Shown: positions 11,251 through 22,563 of the stretch, piece after piece
Layout: every line of letters starts with the position of its first letter
Position numbering within the stretch: position 1 is the stretch's first letter
NCBI GenBank assembly: GCA_008690995.1
Contig: VRMN01000002.1
Location: forward strand, 62,001 to 126,000
Direction: 5' to 3'
Length of the DNA stretch: 64,000 nucleotides
From: Porphyridium purpureum
Lineage: Eukaryota
Position numbers and translations under genes: made by a program
Notes under the pieces: generated by a model
What the model saw: the letters and a program-made list of their open reading frames with translations, nothing else
Told to the model about the DNA's origin: nothing
Database searches by the model: none

Positions 11251-13608
11251 ATGGCACTGGTGTATCCGGCCGCGACCGTACCGAAAGGGCCGTCCGTTTG
11301 GCGGAGCGCATTATGGAGTCTGACAGGTACTGCGCTCCGCGTGCGAGTCTCTGCCGTCCATCATGCGGAAGTGGGCGCACTGTACGCGACCGTGCAGCGC
11401 CCGTCAAGGCCGCATACGCAGCATGCTGCGCAGCAGGCGGACAACACAGAAGCGTCAGCCAAAAGTATAAACCGAGGTTACTTGGAGGGTCTCAAGTCCC
11501 ATGGGACCACCGCGAGTCTGCACACGAACCGTGGACACTTGTTGCCGCAATCTACAATTGACGTTCCGTCAGCGACAATGGTGACTCATCCTACGTGCCT
11601 CTGGATGGCCCCTTTTTTCCGTGCGACTTTGAGCGCACCTTTGTGCACGCGTAGACTCATGCGCGGCGCACATCATTGGGAACAGGTGAGGGCTTTCTCC
11701 ATGCGCCCACCAGAGCTTAGCGCATGGGAGCAAGATGAAATGCTCGACAGAATTCTGGCTGTTAACAACAAGCTAGACTTGGTTTTACACGATGATTGCA
11801 GCCTTCGCAAGGCGCAGGATATAATCAACCAAGCAGATCGAGACGCCTGCAATTTTTGGACGCTTGACTATTCCCTGCGCATAGCAAGGCGCGCGAAGGA
11901 CGCCACGATCCGGCAAAGGCTGCGCTTTGTCGTGCGCGCGCTTCAACTTGCTCGCGAGAACTCCGTCGCAGCCACATCTTTTACGCTGTCGCATATATTG
12001 GCTTTGGCCATGCCTTCCCGCAAAGTGAATTTGGCGCTGGTCGTTCGTGATATGTGCAACGAGGTACTCGACGCTCGCGCATACGGCGGGCTCATTGCCC
12101 TTTTCTCGACTTGCAAGCGCCCTAAGCTTATGGAAGAAGCATTTGTTGATCTACTCCGCATATACCGCACGGCTGATGCCGATGTCTTCCGGTTTATGAT
12201 GATGGGCTACTTGGCATGCAAGGACGCGCGCAACGCGATGTCAACGTGGAAGCTTATGCGCTCTCCTCGCTTCGCATCCACCGTCCAGATTGACCAACGC
12301 GCGCTCGAGCTGGGGGCCCGTGTCGCTGCGTTGGCCAATGATATTGACGAGGCCACCTGGATTGAGAAAAAGTGGGTCGAGCTGAAGCAGCAGCCGCTCG
12401 ATCGGCTGCATGAGATACGCGCTGTGGCCGTTTCGCCCAGTCGACTCGACCCAAGTGCTGCGCGACGCAACTTGCATCCAGACACGCGTATGCTGAACGA
12501 ACAGCTCCAAGTTGCTCACGATGAGAACGCCGATCTGCCTCGCGTACGGCAATTGCTGGAATCTGCTGCACTGGCGCCGCTGAATACCATGTCACTGATC
12601 CTACTGTTTCGTCTGTTCCGGTCGATGCCAGCCATGAACGTCATGCTTCGTCACCAGCGCCTCGCGTGCGCAGTGCGCGTGCTCCAGCGTGCCCGGAGAG
12701 ATGGCGTAATCTTTGACTCGTACCGAATTATGCACTTGACGCCGCTCGCTGTCTCGCTCGGGAAGGTGAACGTCTTGCTTGCGGTCAAGCACATCATTCA
12801 ACATCAACACCACCAGCAGCTGAATCTGCTCGCGTACAAGGCGCTCATCTCTCACTTTCGCTCGTGCTGGCGCCCGCAGCTCATGTTGGATGTATTCTAC
12901 GAGTTGTTGCAAGTGCACGGCGTCGCGGACGCCGACGCTTTCACGCGCGTTTTGAATGGGCTCCTGGAGGAAAGAAACTTTGATGCCGCGTGGGAAGTGT
13001 GGAAGGTGCTACGGACGCCTCCACACTCGGACCCGGGCCTTGTTGAGATTACGCCGACCCTGCTGGATACCGGAGCGTGGATTCTGTCTAGGCGGCTGGA
13101 TGCAGGCGAAGACGTGAAATGGATCGTGCGCAAGTACGAGGAGCTCGGCATTACCCCAACTGCTCGCAAAGTGGACCTGCTCACGACAGCCGCCATCCGT
13201 GCAGGATTGTTCCATGACGCGCGAGAACTGATGCGCTGGTCCATCCGTTGTCAGTATGTGGTGCACGAGCGTTCGCTCAATCTTTTCCTTTCTGAGTGTG
13301 TCTCATCCAAACAGTCAGAGGAACTGTTGTCCCTGTCCCGTGTTCTGATGGATGCTGAGCGCTTATGCTCGACTGACGAAGACCGCACCGCCTTTTTGCA
13401 TCGGTATGCGCACGTACTGGATGAAGTGGTGGAGCACAGGAAGCTGGACCCTATTGCGGCGTCTGAGAGCCTACAGCGCCTTTTCTTGCGCTGGCAGGTA
13501 AGTGATCACTTACCGATGGCTCACTCAATTCAGCAAGTAGCGTCGCGTATCCGCGATCGTGGCCGCAAGCGACAGCGGGCGCACGAGCCTGATATTCAAC
13601 GGGACTAG
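11251..13608 (+). CDS. PPR-like helical-repeat protein, paralog 2, with internal duplication
   Basis: 785-aa ORF with two copies of the module VR.LQ.AR...KVN...Y..LI..F...RP.LM...DAD.F. The true start may be a downstream ATG (MVTHP.../VRAFS). Confidence 0.75.
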   Translation: MALVYPAATVPKGPSVWRSALWSLTGTALRVRVSAVHHAEVGALYATVQRPSRPHTQHAAQQADNTEASAKSINRGYLEGLKSHGTTASLHTNRGHLLPQSTIDVPSATMVTHPTCLWMAPFFRATLSAPLCTRRLMRGAHHWEQVRAFSMRPPELSAWEQDEMLDRILAVNNKLDLVLHDDCSLRKAQDIINQADRDACNFWTLDYSLRIARRAKDATIRQRLRFVVRALQLARENSVAATSFTLSHILALAMPSRKVNLALVVRDMCNEVLDARAYGGLIALFSTCKRPKLMEEAFVDLLRIYRTADADVFRFMMMGYLACKDARNAMSTWKLMRSPRFASTVQIDQRALELGARVAALANDIDEATWIEKKWVELKQQPLDRLHEIRAVAVSPSRLDPSAARRNLHPDTRMLNEQLQVAHDENADLPRVRQLLESAALAPLNTMSLILLFRLFRSMPAMNVMLRHQRLACAVRVLQRARRDGVIFDSYRIMHLTPLAVSLGKVNVLLAVKHIIQHQHHQQLNLLAYKALISHFRSCWRPQLMLDVFYELLQVHGVADADAFTRVLNGLLEERNFDAAWEVWKVLRTPPHSDPGLVEITPTLLDTGAWILSRRLDAGEDVKWIVRKYEELGITPTARKVDLLTTAAIRAGLFHDARELMRWSIRCQYVVHERSLNLFLSECVSSKQSEELLSLSRVLMDAERLCSTDEDRTAFLHRYAHVLDEVVEHRKLDPIAASESLQRLFLRWQVSDHLPMAHSIQQVASRIRDRGRKRQRAHEPDIQRD

Positions 13609-14032
13609 GGCTCGTTGGTTGCATCCTCTGCGAGTCAGCCATCCACCGCGAGAACGCCGTAGCGGAGCGCGGTCTTTCCAATGGTCTTTCTGGGTTTTGC
13701 CAAGCTGATCAAACCACCCAGACGCACTGCTGTCCGACACTCAAGTGGTGTGCTTGGTTCCAAGTCGCAGCGTGCAGCATGATGCGTCCATCGCACTAGT
13801 CATTTGACAGTCGACTGCAAACGGTCTTCGACAGGAATGTAGATTAGGTGTTTTCCTGTGTCCATGGCAGGTCCAGACAGACGCCGTTCAGTTCATTTTT
13901 GCACTAGAAGAAGGAAAACGTGTTCTGCGCACTCACGCTCGTCCCCAACTCTTCGACCACACTTTCAAAGCTACCTCTATTTTGATTTCAGCACAGCGCT
14001 TGTCGTCACGCCGAAGGAAGAGTGCGACTACG

Positions 14033-16381
14033 ATGCTACGCGCGTATGCGCAGGCTCGCATGCACGTGATTCTCAAGTACGAAACAAGCGCGGTGCGATG
14101 GTATGGCGGGTGGAGGAAATGGCGCGCACATGTCAACTCTGTCACTTGCGAGAAGGTCGTCGCATGTTGCTGCCGACGAAACGCCGCTGAGATCATATTG
14201 GACCGCAAAAATGAAGGGGACGCTACGCATTATGTGCGCGTTTGCGGCTCAGCACGGTCATATTCCTCAAACGCGGACTCGAGAGCCGCGTCGCCGATAT
14301 ATAGCAAGCTCGAACAGGAACGCTCGCAAACGAGGGTGCTGAATGACGTGCTTCTTAGCGCCTTGAGAGGCAAGGCGAGCGTCATGGGATCGCTGCGGGC
14401 TCTGGAATCGAGTCGAGCACGATACGACAGTTATACGCTGGGCTTTTGTGTGCGTCTGCTTCGACAGGTGCCACCAGACGAAATGGATTCGCGACAGCGT
14501 CTGCTTTTTGCCGTGCGTGCGTTGCGGCGTGCTCGCCTTCACGGCGTTCGGCCAAATTCACACGTTCTTTCGCATTTAATGCCTCTCGCAAAGCCCTTGC
14601 GAAAGGTGAATATCGTTTTAGCGGCGTTCAACCTAGTCCCACGACGTGATGCGCTTGTTCTTCCGCTCATTACGAGCAAGGCACTCATCAGCTTCTACTC
14701 GATGTGCGGCCGCCCGGACCTCATGGTGCATGCATTCTACGACTCGCTGCGCATCCACGGTGCAGAGGTCGACGCCGACGCCTTTACCCGAGTGCTGTTG
14801 GGCTTCCTTGCTGTGCATGACGCACTGTCTGCCCGTCAGGTGTGGCAGGTGCTTCGCGCACCGCCGTTTTGCAGCGTGGTCCAGCCGGATGTCGCGCTCC
14901 TGAATTGCGGTGCCTGGGTGTGTTCGAGTGGTTCGGAACTGCCGATCGCTGACGAAGCGCGCTGGATTTTGGATCAGTTCAGTGTGCTACAAACGCTGCC
15001 ATCGCCTCGCGTTGCAAACCTCCTGCTGTCATCGTTCGTGCACGCAGGAGAGTTCGAGGCGGCGCGCGAGCACATGCGCTTAATATACGAGACATTTGGC
15101 TACCGGCTACAGGAGCGGCATGTGCAGCATTACATACCAGAGTGTGTGCGGCGAGGCGCTGATGACGAGCTACTGCCTCTTGCGCACGAGCTTGCTCGCG
15201 CTATGCGACTGCAGTTGCTTGGCTCGGATGAACGCGAAGCGATGCGGCTGCTGCGTGCGTACCTCAAACACCTGTACTGTGCCGTGAGCGAGCAACCGCA
15301 GCGGCTTGATGCGACGCATGCCGCTGAGGCTGCCCTTGCCGTCTTTCTGTACGATGACAGCATCTCAGCCAGCTACGTCGTCTACCTAGCGGCTGCGGGT
15401 GGGCGGCTTGACGACGCGTTGCGAATTGCCAACTGGTGTCACACACAGTACGCACCAAATATGGGCATGATGCATGCCTTTGCGTACGACGCTCTAGCCG
15501 AGCAGTGCGCGCACAGCGCGCGCGTTGTGGACTTGCTGCACATGCTGTTTGGGTCAAGCACGCAGCCCACGTGTGGCGGCAGTGGCGACGAGAGTGCGCG
15601 CATTGAGATTCATCCGCACGAACCACACCCTACGAGCATGACGAGCCTTGACGGGGAGCAGCAGCACGACCGCGCAGTCCCGTCCGGTGAAAGCGAGCTT
15701 GGAAAACAAGAAGCGCCTTCAACAGCCTTGAGCGGGGCCATGGTGAAGGTTCCGGATACCGCATCGCATGCTCTTGACGCAAAGGCCGGCGCGGCAGCCA
15801 AACTTGTTGAAACTTTTAGCCGGCTGGGCCGGCTGGACCTTTGCGATGAGGTTTACTCGAGATGTGTGGAACAGGATGCGCTGAGCATGGAGGTATCGAC
15901 GGCTTACATGTACGCGCTTGGTATGGCACAGCCGCCGCGTGCGGAGGAAGCAATTGCGCAGTTCCACGCTCTTCAAACGAAGCACGGTGGGTCGCTGGAT
16001 GTGGTCGTGTTCTCCGCGCTTGGCTCGGTCGTGACCAATGCGGTTGCGCAAGGCGCTATGAACGTGTCTCTCGCCGCAGAGATTCTGAGCCAGATGGAGC
16101 TGCATTTGTGCAGTATGCCTGACATGCGCGCGCACTACGAAAAGTTGCTCGACCAAATGGCAGATGCTCCCGTCGGCGCGCCGTGGCGCGCGAGCCTTGA
16201 GCGTGAGTTGAAAGATGCGGAATACAAGATCGAAGGCTTTACAAAGCTGGACCAGAAAGTGGCGCAGCTTAGGGCGCTTCTGAGTCACCAAGCAGATCCT
16301 CACTCTGTCGACGACGTGAGCATGCTTCCAAACACAATCACAACTTCAAAGCCAAGCGAAACAGACACGGAAACAACCTAG
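14033..16381 (+). CDS. PPR-like helical-repeat protein, paralog 3
   Basis: VRALRRARLHGV, KVNIVLA, RPDLM, DADAFTRVLLG, LGRLDLCDEVY, TAYMYALGMA, VVFSALGSV; ARSYSS presequence-like cleavage motif. Confidence 0.75.
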   Translation: MLRAYAQARMHVILKYETSAVRWYGGWRKWRAHVNSVTCEKVVACCCRRNAAEIILDRKNEGDATHYVRVCGSARSYSSNADSRAASPIYSKLEQERSQTRVLNDVLLSALRGKASVMGSLRALESSRARYDSYTLGFCVRLLRQVPPDEMDSRQRLLFAVRALRRARLHGVRPNSHVLSHLMPLAKPLRKVNIVLAAFNLVPRRDALVLPLITSKALISFYSMCGRPDLMVHAFYDSLRIHGAEVDADAFTRVLLGFLAVHDALSARQVWQVLRAPPFCSVVQPDVALLNCGAWVCSSGSELPIADEARWILDQFSVLQTLPSPRVANLLLSSFVHAGEFEAAREHMRLIYETFGYRLQERHVQHYIPECVRRGADDELLPLAHELARAMRLQLLGSDEREAMRLLRAYLKHLYCAVSEQPQRLDATHAAEAALAVFLYDDSISASYVVYLAAAGGRLDDALRIANWCHTQYAPNMGMMHAFAYDALAEQCAHSARVVDLLHMLFGSSTQPTCGGSGDESARIEIHPHEPHPTSMTSLDGEQQHDRAVPSGESELGKQEAPSTALSGAMVKVPDTASHALDAKAGAAAKLVETFSRLGRLDLCDEVYSRCVEQDALSMEVSTAYMYALGMAQPPRAEEAIAQFHALQTKHGGSLDVVVFSALGSVVTNAVAQGAMNVSLAAEILSQMELHLCSMPDMRAHYEKLLDQMADAPVGAPWRASLERELKDAEYKIEGFTKLDQKVAQLRALLSHQADPHSVDDVSMLPNTITTSKPSETDTETT

Positions 16382-16882
16382 AGAGGGCAAAGTTACGAGA
16401 AGCGGACCCTGCGCATCACAAAGCTTTCTGCTCAAATTTTCACGGCAAGGCGACTCGACATGGTTGCGAGATATGGCAACACTTCAGATGTACGCATGTT
16501 TTTTTTTCCGCAATTTGCCCAATCTTCTGGGTCGCTTTGGTAGAAGGACAAGGGACGCTAGGTCAGCCTCGCTTCAGCGTGTGAGAAGTCAAGTATCATC
16601 ATGAAGAGACAATAATGGAGTTTTTTTCTTCCTTTTTGCAGCATCACGTCGCAAAATCCAAGCGGACACGGTCGTCCCTCTCTTCCGACATGGTTTTCTC
16701 CCGTTGCTTCTTTGGACCAATGTACATTGCGTCCAGCTGTGTCATCCAGACGTGAACATGCAACGCTCTCGTGCGGATGTCGGCGTCCTCACCAACATTC
16801 CGCACTTACGAATAATACAGCAGACCCGAATCAACTTGCTAAAGACAGGCGGATATTATCCGAAAGAGCCAACGCCTCTGGA

Positions 16883-18757
16883 CTACCTCCAGCCGGTTGC
16901 TGTCGCGAAGGGCCCCGTGCGACTCACGTAGAGGCGGTGTAAGTGCATCAGAAGGCGAGGTAGAAAATAGGCTAGCGCAAGCGCGGCCCACAGCGCCGTC
17001 ACAGAGGGCTCAAAGCCCGCGCCGAAGCCCATTGCCAGGCCCACAGTAGAGGGGCGCGCCGCGGTGATTAGAGCAAAAACCGGTACGACCATAAGCGTCG
17101 CGGCAACGAGTGCGCGTGCATTAAAGGCATAATCTTGAGCACCAAATGAAAGCGCGTCGCGAAGCCACACCTGCGTAAAAACCGGATAGAGCAGCAGCAG
17201 CGCGCGCAACGTGCGCGTGGCCATGGCACGGACCGCAGTGTCCGACGCAAGTGCAGGCACCCACAGGTGCAGTGACGCTTGTGCAGCGAGCGCAATTCCC
17301 AAGGAGCTCACAAGACTAAGTCGCGCGGCGGTGGACACAAAACGGCGCGCCACGCGCAGAGCAACACGAGTCGGACGCAGTTGTAGGTAACGGGATGTAA
17401 GGATCTGACCCGCCACCGCGACACCGTCGTGCAAGTACCCGCAAAAGACAAATGCCGTGATTACGACCTGGTGCGCGGCGGTGTGCAGCACTCCCATGCG
17501 ACTTGCAAAGGCGCTCATCAGCGTCCACACAGACACGTTGGTGAGTTGGCGCACCAGCAGGGCAGATGACGCGCGGAAAAACGCCATGCGGTCGGCGCGT
17601 GCCGGAAAAGGCATGCGAGCATGGATGGCGCCGCGAATATCAAACCGCTGCGGCTGTGCGAGCACACGCTGAGCAAAAGCGAGTGCAACAATAATCTGCG
17701 CTGCCGAGGTGGCTGCGGCTGCGCCTGGTACGCCCCAGCCGAACTGGAACATAAGTAACGGGTCGAGCACGCAGTTGATCGCCCCACACAATGTCGACAT
17801 CACGAGAGGAGTGCGCGTGTCCGAGACACCTCGATGCGCACCGTCGCACACCAAGAGCACAAAAAGAAATGGAAGCGCGAGCAGACGCGCGCGCAAATAG
17901 CCTAGAGCGTGCGGCATGAGGGCGTCCGACGCATTCACAGCGCGAAGAAGCGGCTCTGCAAACTGCCATGCCACCAGAAGCAACGCGAGGCCTACACAGA
18001 CTGCCAGGGTACCAGCAAAGAGCACAATCTGAGCCGCTTTGCGCGCGTCGGGTGAACACAGCAGGCCATCTGCCGGCACTCCATCACTGTCTTCGGGGTT
18101 GCTTGCCATGTCGCACTTGAAACAACTGCTCACCGCCACAGACGTTGAGATGGTGAAAAGCGGCATCCACGCTGAGAAAATAAAGTTGAAAAGCGACGTG
18201 CACGGCCCTAGCGACGCGAGTTGAAGCGTGCCAAGGCGTGCGACGTACATGGTATCCACAATGGACAAAAAGGGGTCCACCAGCACTGCACCCATGGCTG
18301 GCACCGCGAGACCAATCAGTGCCTTTCTAAATTCGCGCTCCTGCTCGTGTCGTGGCGGAACCGCATCCAGAGCTGCGTCGTAATCACTATGTTCTTTGGT
18401 TATCGCCAAGGGTGACAGAGATGGCGTCCTATCTGTGGTGCCCAGCTCATCGGCGCCGGCCGCTATGACATCAGCCGCATTACCATCTGCATCCATATCC
18501 ATGCTGCTGCAGCTGTATCGCGTGACCTGTCTCACACGGTGACGCAGCGCCATCAATCTCCCAAGTGTTGGCTTGCGCGCACATCTGGGCCCACTGCGAA
18601 TCCAGCCATGACAGTGAGCGGTCTCTGTCACGCATCCTCCGGTCACGGAGCGCCCTTGTGCGCCAGCAACGCGGATACGCATATGCAAAGGCGATACATT
18701 GTCGCCCACGCTGCTGTTCAGGCGGCACGGAATCCAACCGCAATTGAAGGCTGCCAT
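16883..18757 (-). CDS. MATE (DinF/DTX-like) efflux transporter, likely plastid-targeted
   Basis: LAVPAMGAVLVDPFLSIVDTMYVARLG, GAHRGVSDTRTPL, INCVLDPLLMF.FGWGVPGAAAAT, AAHQV. Start chosen at MAAFNC; the ORF extends to 18865. Confidence 0.93.
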   Translation of the reverse strand: MAAFNCGWIPCRLNSSVGDNVSPLHMRIRVAGAQGRSVTGGCVTETAHCHGWIRSGPRCARKPTLGRLMALRHRVRQVTRYSCSSMDMDADGNAADVIAAGADELGTTDRTPSLSPLAITKEHSDYDAALDAVPPRHEQEREFRKALIGLAVPAMGAVLVDPFLSIVDTMYVARLGTLQLASLGPCTSLFNFIFSAWMPLFTISTSVAVSSCFKCDMASNPEDSDGVPADGLLCSPDARKAAQIVLFAGTLAVCVGLALLLVAWQFAEPLLRAVNASDALMPHALGYLRARLLALPFLFVLLVCDGAHRGVSDTRTPLVMSTLCGAINCVLDPLLMFQFGWGVPGAAAATSAAQIIVALAFAQRVLAQPQRFDIRGAIHARMPFPARADRMAFFRASSALLVRQLTNVSVWTLMSAFASRMGVLHTAAHQVVITAFVFCGYLHDGVAVAGQILTSRYLQLRPTRVALRVARRFVSTAARLSLVSSLGIALAAQASLHLWVPALASDTAVRAMATRTLRALLLLYPVFTQVWLRDALSFGAQDYAFNARALVAATLMVVPVFALITAARPSTVGLAMGFGAGFEPSVTALWAALALAYFLPRLLMHLHRLYVSRTGPFATATGWR

Positions 18758-19245
18758 TCCCGCAGAGCCAGGCGCACGGCCTCGGCGCCGCGTTCTTGCC
18801 TTGGAGCGCGCGCACAAAGGCAAGCGCGGCTTGTCACGTGCACACGCTTGAACGTCAGCCTCCACGGATTAAACGCAAATTTGTTCAAACACCCCCATAA
18901 AGCTTCTTTGAGAGTCACGCGCAGCCGACATGCTCACGAGCTGATCGTACCGCCTCGCGGACCTGCGGAACGAGGTCGCGGGCTCCCTTTTGCCAGACGG
19001 ACGCCGCGCGGAGAAAGTACCGCACCTTGGCAGTCACGGCGCGTCGTCCTGCGCGGCCAAAAGAATAGGAGAGCACGGTGTGCGGGACTTGGCTGCTGAT
19101 GCAAAAGCTGGAGCTTTTATTTGATCAGACCGCTTGGTTCGACAGCTTCGCACGTCTCCTGCGGTTGTGATTCGACGAACAAAGGACGCAGGGTCTGGCA
19201 GTCACGTCGTCGTGCCATGCGGGCATATGGCGAAGCGGAAGCACG

Positions 19246-20991
19246 ATGAACACGAATGAGAACAGGAACGCGCCCCGTGGGCTGGCGGATCTGGACGACG
19301 ACGCGCTCGCGCGCATTGCGTCCCAACTACCTCTCCGAACGCTGGTCGAATTGCAGTGTACAGCGCGAATTTTCAGCAACCTTTTGCACCCGGAGAGCTT
19401 GCTGTGGATTAAGATTGCACGCAATGCGCTCGCTTCTTGCCTCATCGGCTCTGCATCGGCTCAGAACTTCGACGGCGGCATCCGTGTCGCAGATGCAGTG
19501 GAGGCTCTCCCACTGGGCCAGGAGCATGCTGCTCATCCGTCCCAGGTCATGAAGATTCACTCTGCCAGACGTCAAGCGGAGAGAGGCGCAGATCGCGCCT
19601 TGGCAGCACTGTCGCGCCGCATAGCCGGGGCGCGCAACATCGCGCACTTTGTGCATGCGTACATGCAGCCTCTTGAAGGCTGGTGGGGAGCCAGCACGGC
19701 CCCGCGTGGTCAGCTGCTACGCGTGCGACTCGATGAAACAGGCCGCCTCGTTGCGGAGCGAGCTGCCATCCGATACGACGCATCGGACCGCGCAGAGGCT
19801 GCCGGTCTCAGTGCCATGAATCCGCACCTCGTTTTTGATCCGGTGTTTGCCGTAGAACCCTACGAGTCCAGCCAGTCCGGAAGCAATAGTCAAGACAGCT
19901 CATTCATGTCCGAAGCCGTGCGTCTGAACTTGCGCCTGGTTTGGTTTGAGCGTCCTCACGAAGGCGTCGACGCGCAGAACAACTTACTTTATTGCGACTC
20001 CCCGCCTCCCCCGCCATCGTACATCAACGCACTTGCCGTCGCACAAGCGAGGGCTGTGGCCAGTGAACCGCCAGCGAACCTGCCGCTTGTCATTGAACAT
20101 GGCGGCGGTCACACAGATGGCGAAAGTCGAAAGTTCACCGTGACGCGGCCGTGGTCATCACCACGGGCCGCACATGAGGTAAGTCAACGTGAGGGCCACG
20201 AGCAAGGCAGCACTCACGGCTCTAGTCTATCTCTGAATCAGGAGCAACCTCAGTCGAATGTTGATCTACTGGCGATCCAAGTCGCCACGCAGCTCGGGCC
20301 GTATACCACTGCGCACCTGGACTTGAGCGCGACACGCGCACAAGTGATGGAACGCTTTGTTCGCTACCTGCAACACGGCCATGTGCCCGTCGAGTATTGG
20401 CCGCGCCAAGTGATATATCGAAGTGTCGCGCCGCCAGCCGCTGGTCGCCGCCAGCGAGGTGAAAGCTCCAACCGTAATTGGAGGACGGGCTTGCTCGATA
20501 ACGCGCTATGTCCCTGTCCGCGGCGGGCTGGGCTTAGCTGGGGCCTGTATGGTCCGCATGGTGCAGAATTTGTCGAGTTGTCGCGGCGTGTTGGCTTTGA
20601 AGGTGCAGATGGCGAGTTCATTGTTGGAACAAAAGTCACAGGCGATCCGAACGTACCCGCGGGTCACGCCAGCTTTGCTGCACGCGCAGAGTACGTGGAT
20701 GATGAGGCCGTGTTCAGCGGGCTGCGCACCGCGCTCGTTGAACTGGCTCACTTTCATGACGAGGCCCATCACGTTGTGCACGTGCACCGCTGTCAGGGCC
20801 GCGTCGCGCAGCATGGCTTCCAGTATCCAGAGTGGGGCCCGGCCTTGCTGCTGTGTTATGGCGACTCGCGCATGTTTGGCGTTCTGTACGCCATGGACTC
20901 TTTTATTCTCGAATTTCACGAGCTCGAAGACGACGGCGCCCCCGAAGACAGCGCACTCGAGGCTGGCAGCCTTCACGGCGAGCTCGCGTAG
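19246..20991 (+). CDS. F-box protein with FBXO31/DUF3506-like C-terminal domain
   Basis: N-terminal LADLDDDALARIASQLPLRTLVELQCTARIF...LW; C-terminal WGLYGPHGAEFV and GTKVTGDPNVPAGHASF. Confidence 0.85.
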   Translation: MNTNENRNAPRGLADLDDDALARIASQLPLRTLVELQCTARIFSNLLHPESLLWIKIARNALASCLIGSASAQNFDGGIRVADAVEALPLGQEHAAHPSQVMKIHSARRQAERGADRALAALSRRIAGARNIAHFVHAYMQPLEGWWGASTAPRGQLLRVRLDETGRLVAERAAIRYDASDRAEAAGLSAMNPHLVFDPVFAVEPYESSQSGSNSQDSSFMSEAVRLNLRLVWFERPHEGVDAQNNLLYCDSPPPPPSYINALAVAQARAVASEPPANLPLVIEHGGGHTDGESRKFTVTRPWSSPRAAHEVSQREGHEQGSTHGSSLSLNQEQPQSNVDLLAIQVATQLGPYTTAHLDLSATRAQVMERFVRYLQHGHVPVEYWPRQVIYRSVAPPAAGRRQRGESSNRNWRTGLLDNALCPCPRRAGLSWGLYGPHGAEFVELSRRVGFEGADGEFIVGTKVTGDPNVPAGHASFAARAEYVDDEAVFSGLRTALVELAHFHDEAHHVVHVHRCQGRVAQHGFQYPEWGPALLLCYGDSRMFGVLYAMDSFILEFHELEDDGAPEDSALEAGSLHGELA

Positions 20992-21765
20992 GACGAAGCG
21001 TGCATCAGAGCAGGCACGAACGCAGGAATGGTGAAGGAGGCGCATGGCATACGTAGGCGCCAATTTGCGTCGCAGCTCGGAAGGATGGTGTTCTGGATGG
21101 AGACACAAGCCAATTCTGCGCGTATGCGGTCCTGCACGCTGACACGTAGCAGAATGGCTGTGTGCGTTATGCAAAGAACCCCGCGCATCAGAGTTGCAGT
21201 CATGCCAAAGAGGTATTGTGCAAGCGCGTGCTGTGCGCTCGCATCGAGTGACGTGCGCAGAACGAGCGCGCCGGTGATGCTGCACATTCTGTAGTTTTTA
21301 TAATCCAATGAAAGAAGTGGGAGCTGCTGTGCAGTATCTACGATTAAAAGTTACTGTGGGAACGACAGCTCCCGACCCCCTCTAAATGAAAAATGTTGAG
21401 TCTTCGCCGAGCAGCCTTGTTTGTGGCCGCGCGCACCATGTCTAATTTGTCTCACACAGTTGAGCTGCTGCACCGCGCGTGAGAAGGTGTCGTTGCAACA
21501 CGGAGGGCGGCTTTCCTGGACGCCACTTCCTTGCGAGCGTCCTGGCAGGAATTTCAGCGAATGCCAGTCGCGCATGCCGCTTGTCTCGCGCTCAGACCCG
21601 TGCACCATTCTTTTTCCAGTGAAGTTGCGGACGGTGCCACTAGCGGACACTGGCAGTTCGTTGAGGCCTACTGGCCACGTGTTTGTCTCTCAGCGTGAAC
21701 AGGCTACGCACAGGAAACTGGAAACTGCGTCCAGTCACGCGCCTAGACGGGGGGCTAACCCGATC

Positions 21766-22563
21766 ATGGTGGCGTTTGCTGCTTGCGACTCGTCATCACG
21801 GAGGCGGAGATTCGGCGTGTTCCAGACGCTTGCGCTTCTGTGGGCTTTTGCGCGGCTGCTCTCTGCCCTGAGCGACTGTGCCGAACGGCTTGGTTTGAGC
21901 TCGATCGAGGCGCATCTGCCAGTAGTGGCGGCATTTGAGCTGAGCCTGGAGGCCAACTCGGAAAAATGCTTCGTAGAGGCCTTCGAGCCGGACGTTGAGG
22001 TGCAAGTGGAGGCATGGGTGGTGCATGGGAAGGGTGACTTCCAGGTAGACCTGAGCGTGCGCTCTGAATTGTCTTCAGCGCACGAAGCGGCCGTTTTCGA
22101 GGCGCACGACATGGACCACATAAAACGTACCATTGCGAGCGGGTTAGGAGGTGATTTCCGTGTCTGCTTCCGCGCGACCTGCTCGCCCAACGGCGATGCA
22201 TCACGTGGCGGAGGCCGTGGAATGCACCTTCATTTGTCCAAGGCACCGAACACGGAGCGCATTGTCTCATGGCGTACGCAAGCAGCCATTCCGACTGGCG
22301 AAGACCGCCACGGCGAACTGGCCAAGGATGCGCAATTCACGCAGTTGCGTACCGTGGTTGACACTCTGCACGAACGCTTTGTTGTCATTGTGAAGGAGCT
22401 CGACGCCATCCGCGACGCCGAGATGCAGACTGCTGACAGCGCGCGCAGCAATGCTCTGCTCGTTATGGGACTGGGCACGCTCAGCTGCACGCTCATCGTC
22501 GCGACAGGTCTGTATACGGCCTCTTTCCTGCTCACGCGCCTCAAGCAGCGAAAGGTGCTCTGA
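21766..22563 (+). CDS. emp24/gp25L/p24 GOLD-domain cargo receptor
   Basis: FELSLEANSEKCFVE, GDFRVCF, coiled coil, C-terminal TM and RLKQRKVL tail. Confidence 0.88.
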   Translation: MVAFAACDSSSRRRRFGVFQTLALLWAFARLLSALSDCAERLGLSSIEAHLPVVAAFELSLEANSEKCFVEAFEPDVEVQVEAWVVHGKGDFQVDLSVRSELSSAHEAAVFEAHDMDHIKRTIASGLGGDFRVCFRATCSPNGDASRGGGRGMHLHLSKAPNTERIVSWRTQAAIPTGEDRHGELAKDAQFTQLRTVVDTLHERFVVIVKELDAIRDAEMQTADSARSNALLVMGLGTLSCTLIVATGLYTASFLLTRLKQRKVL

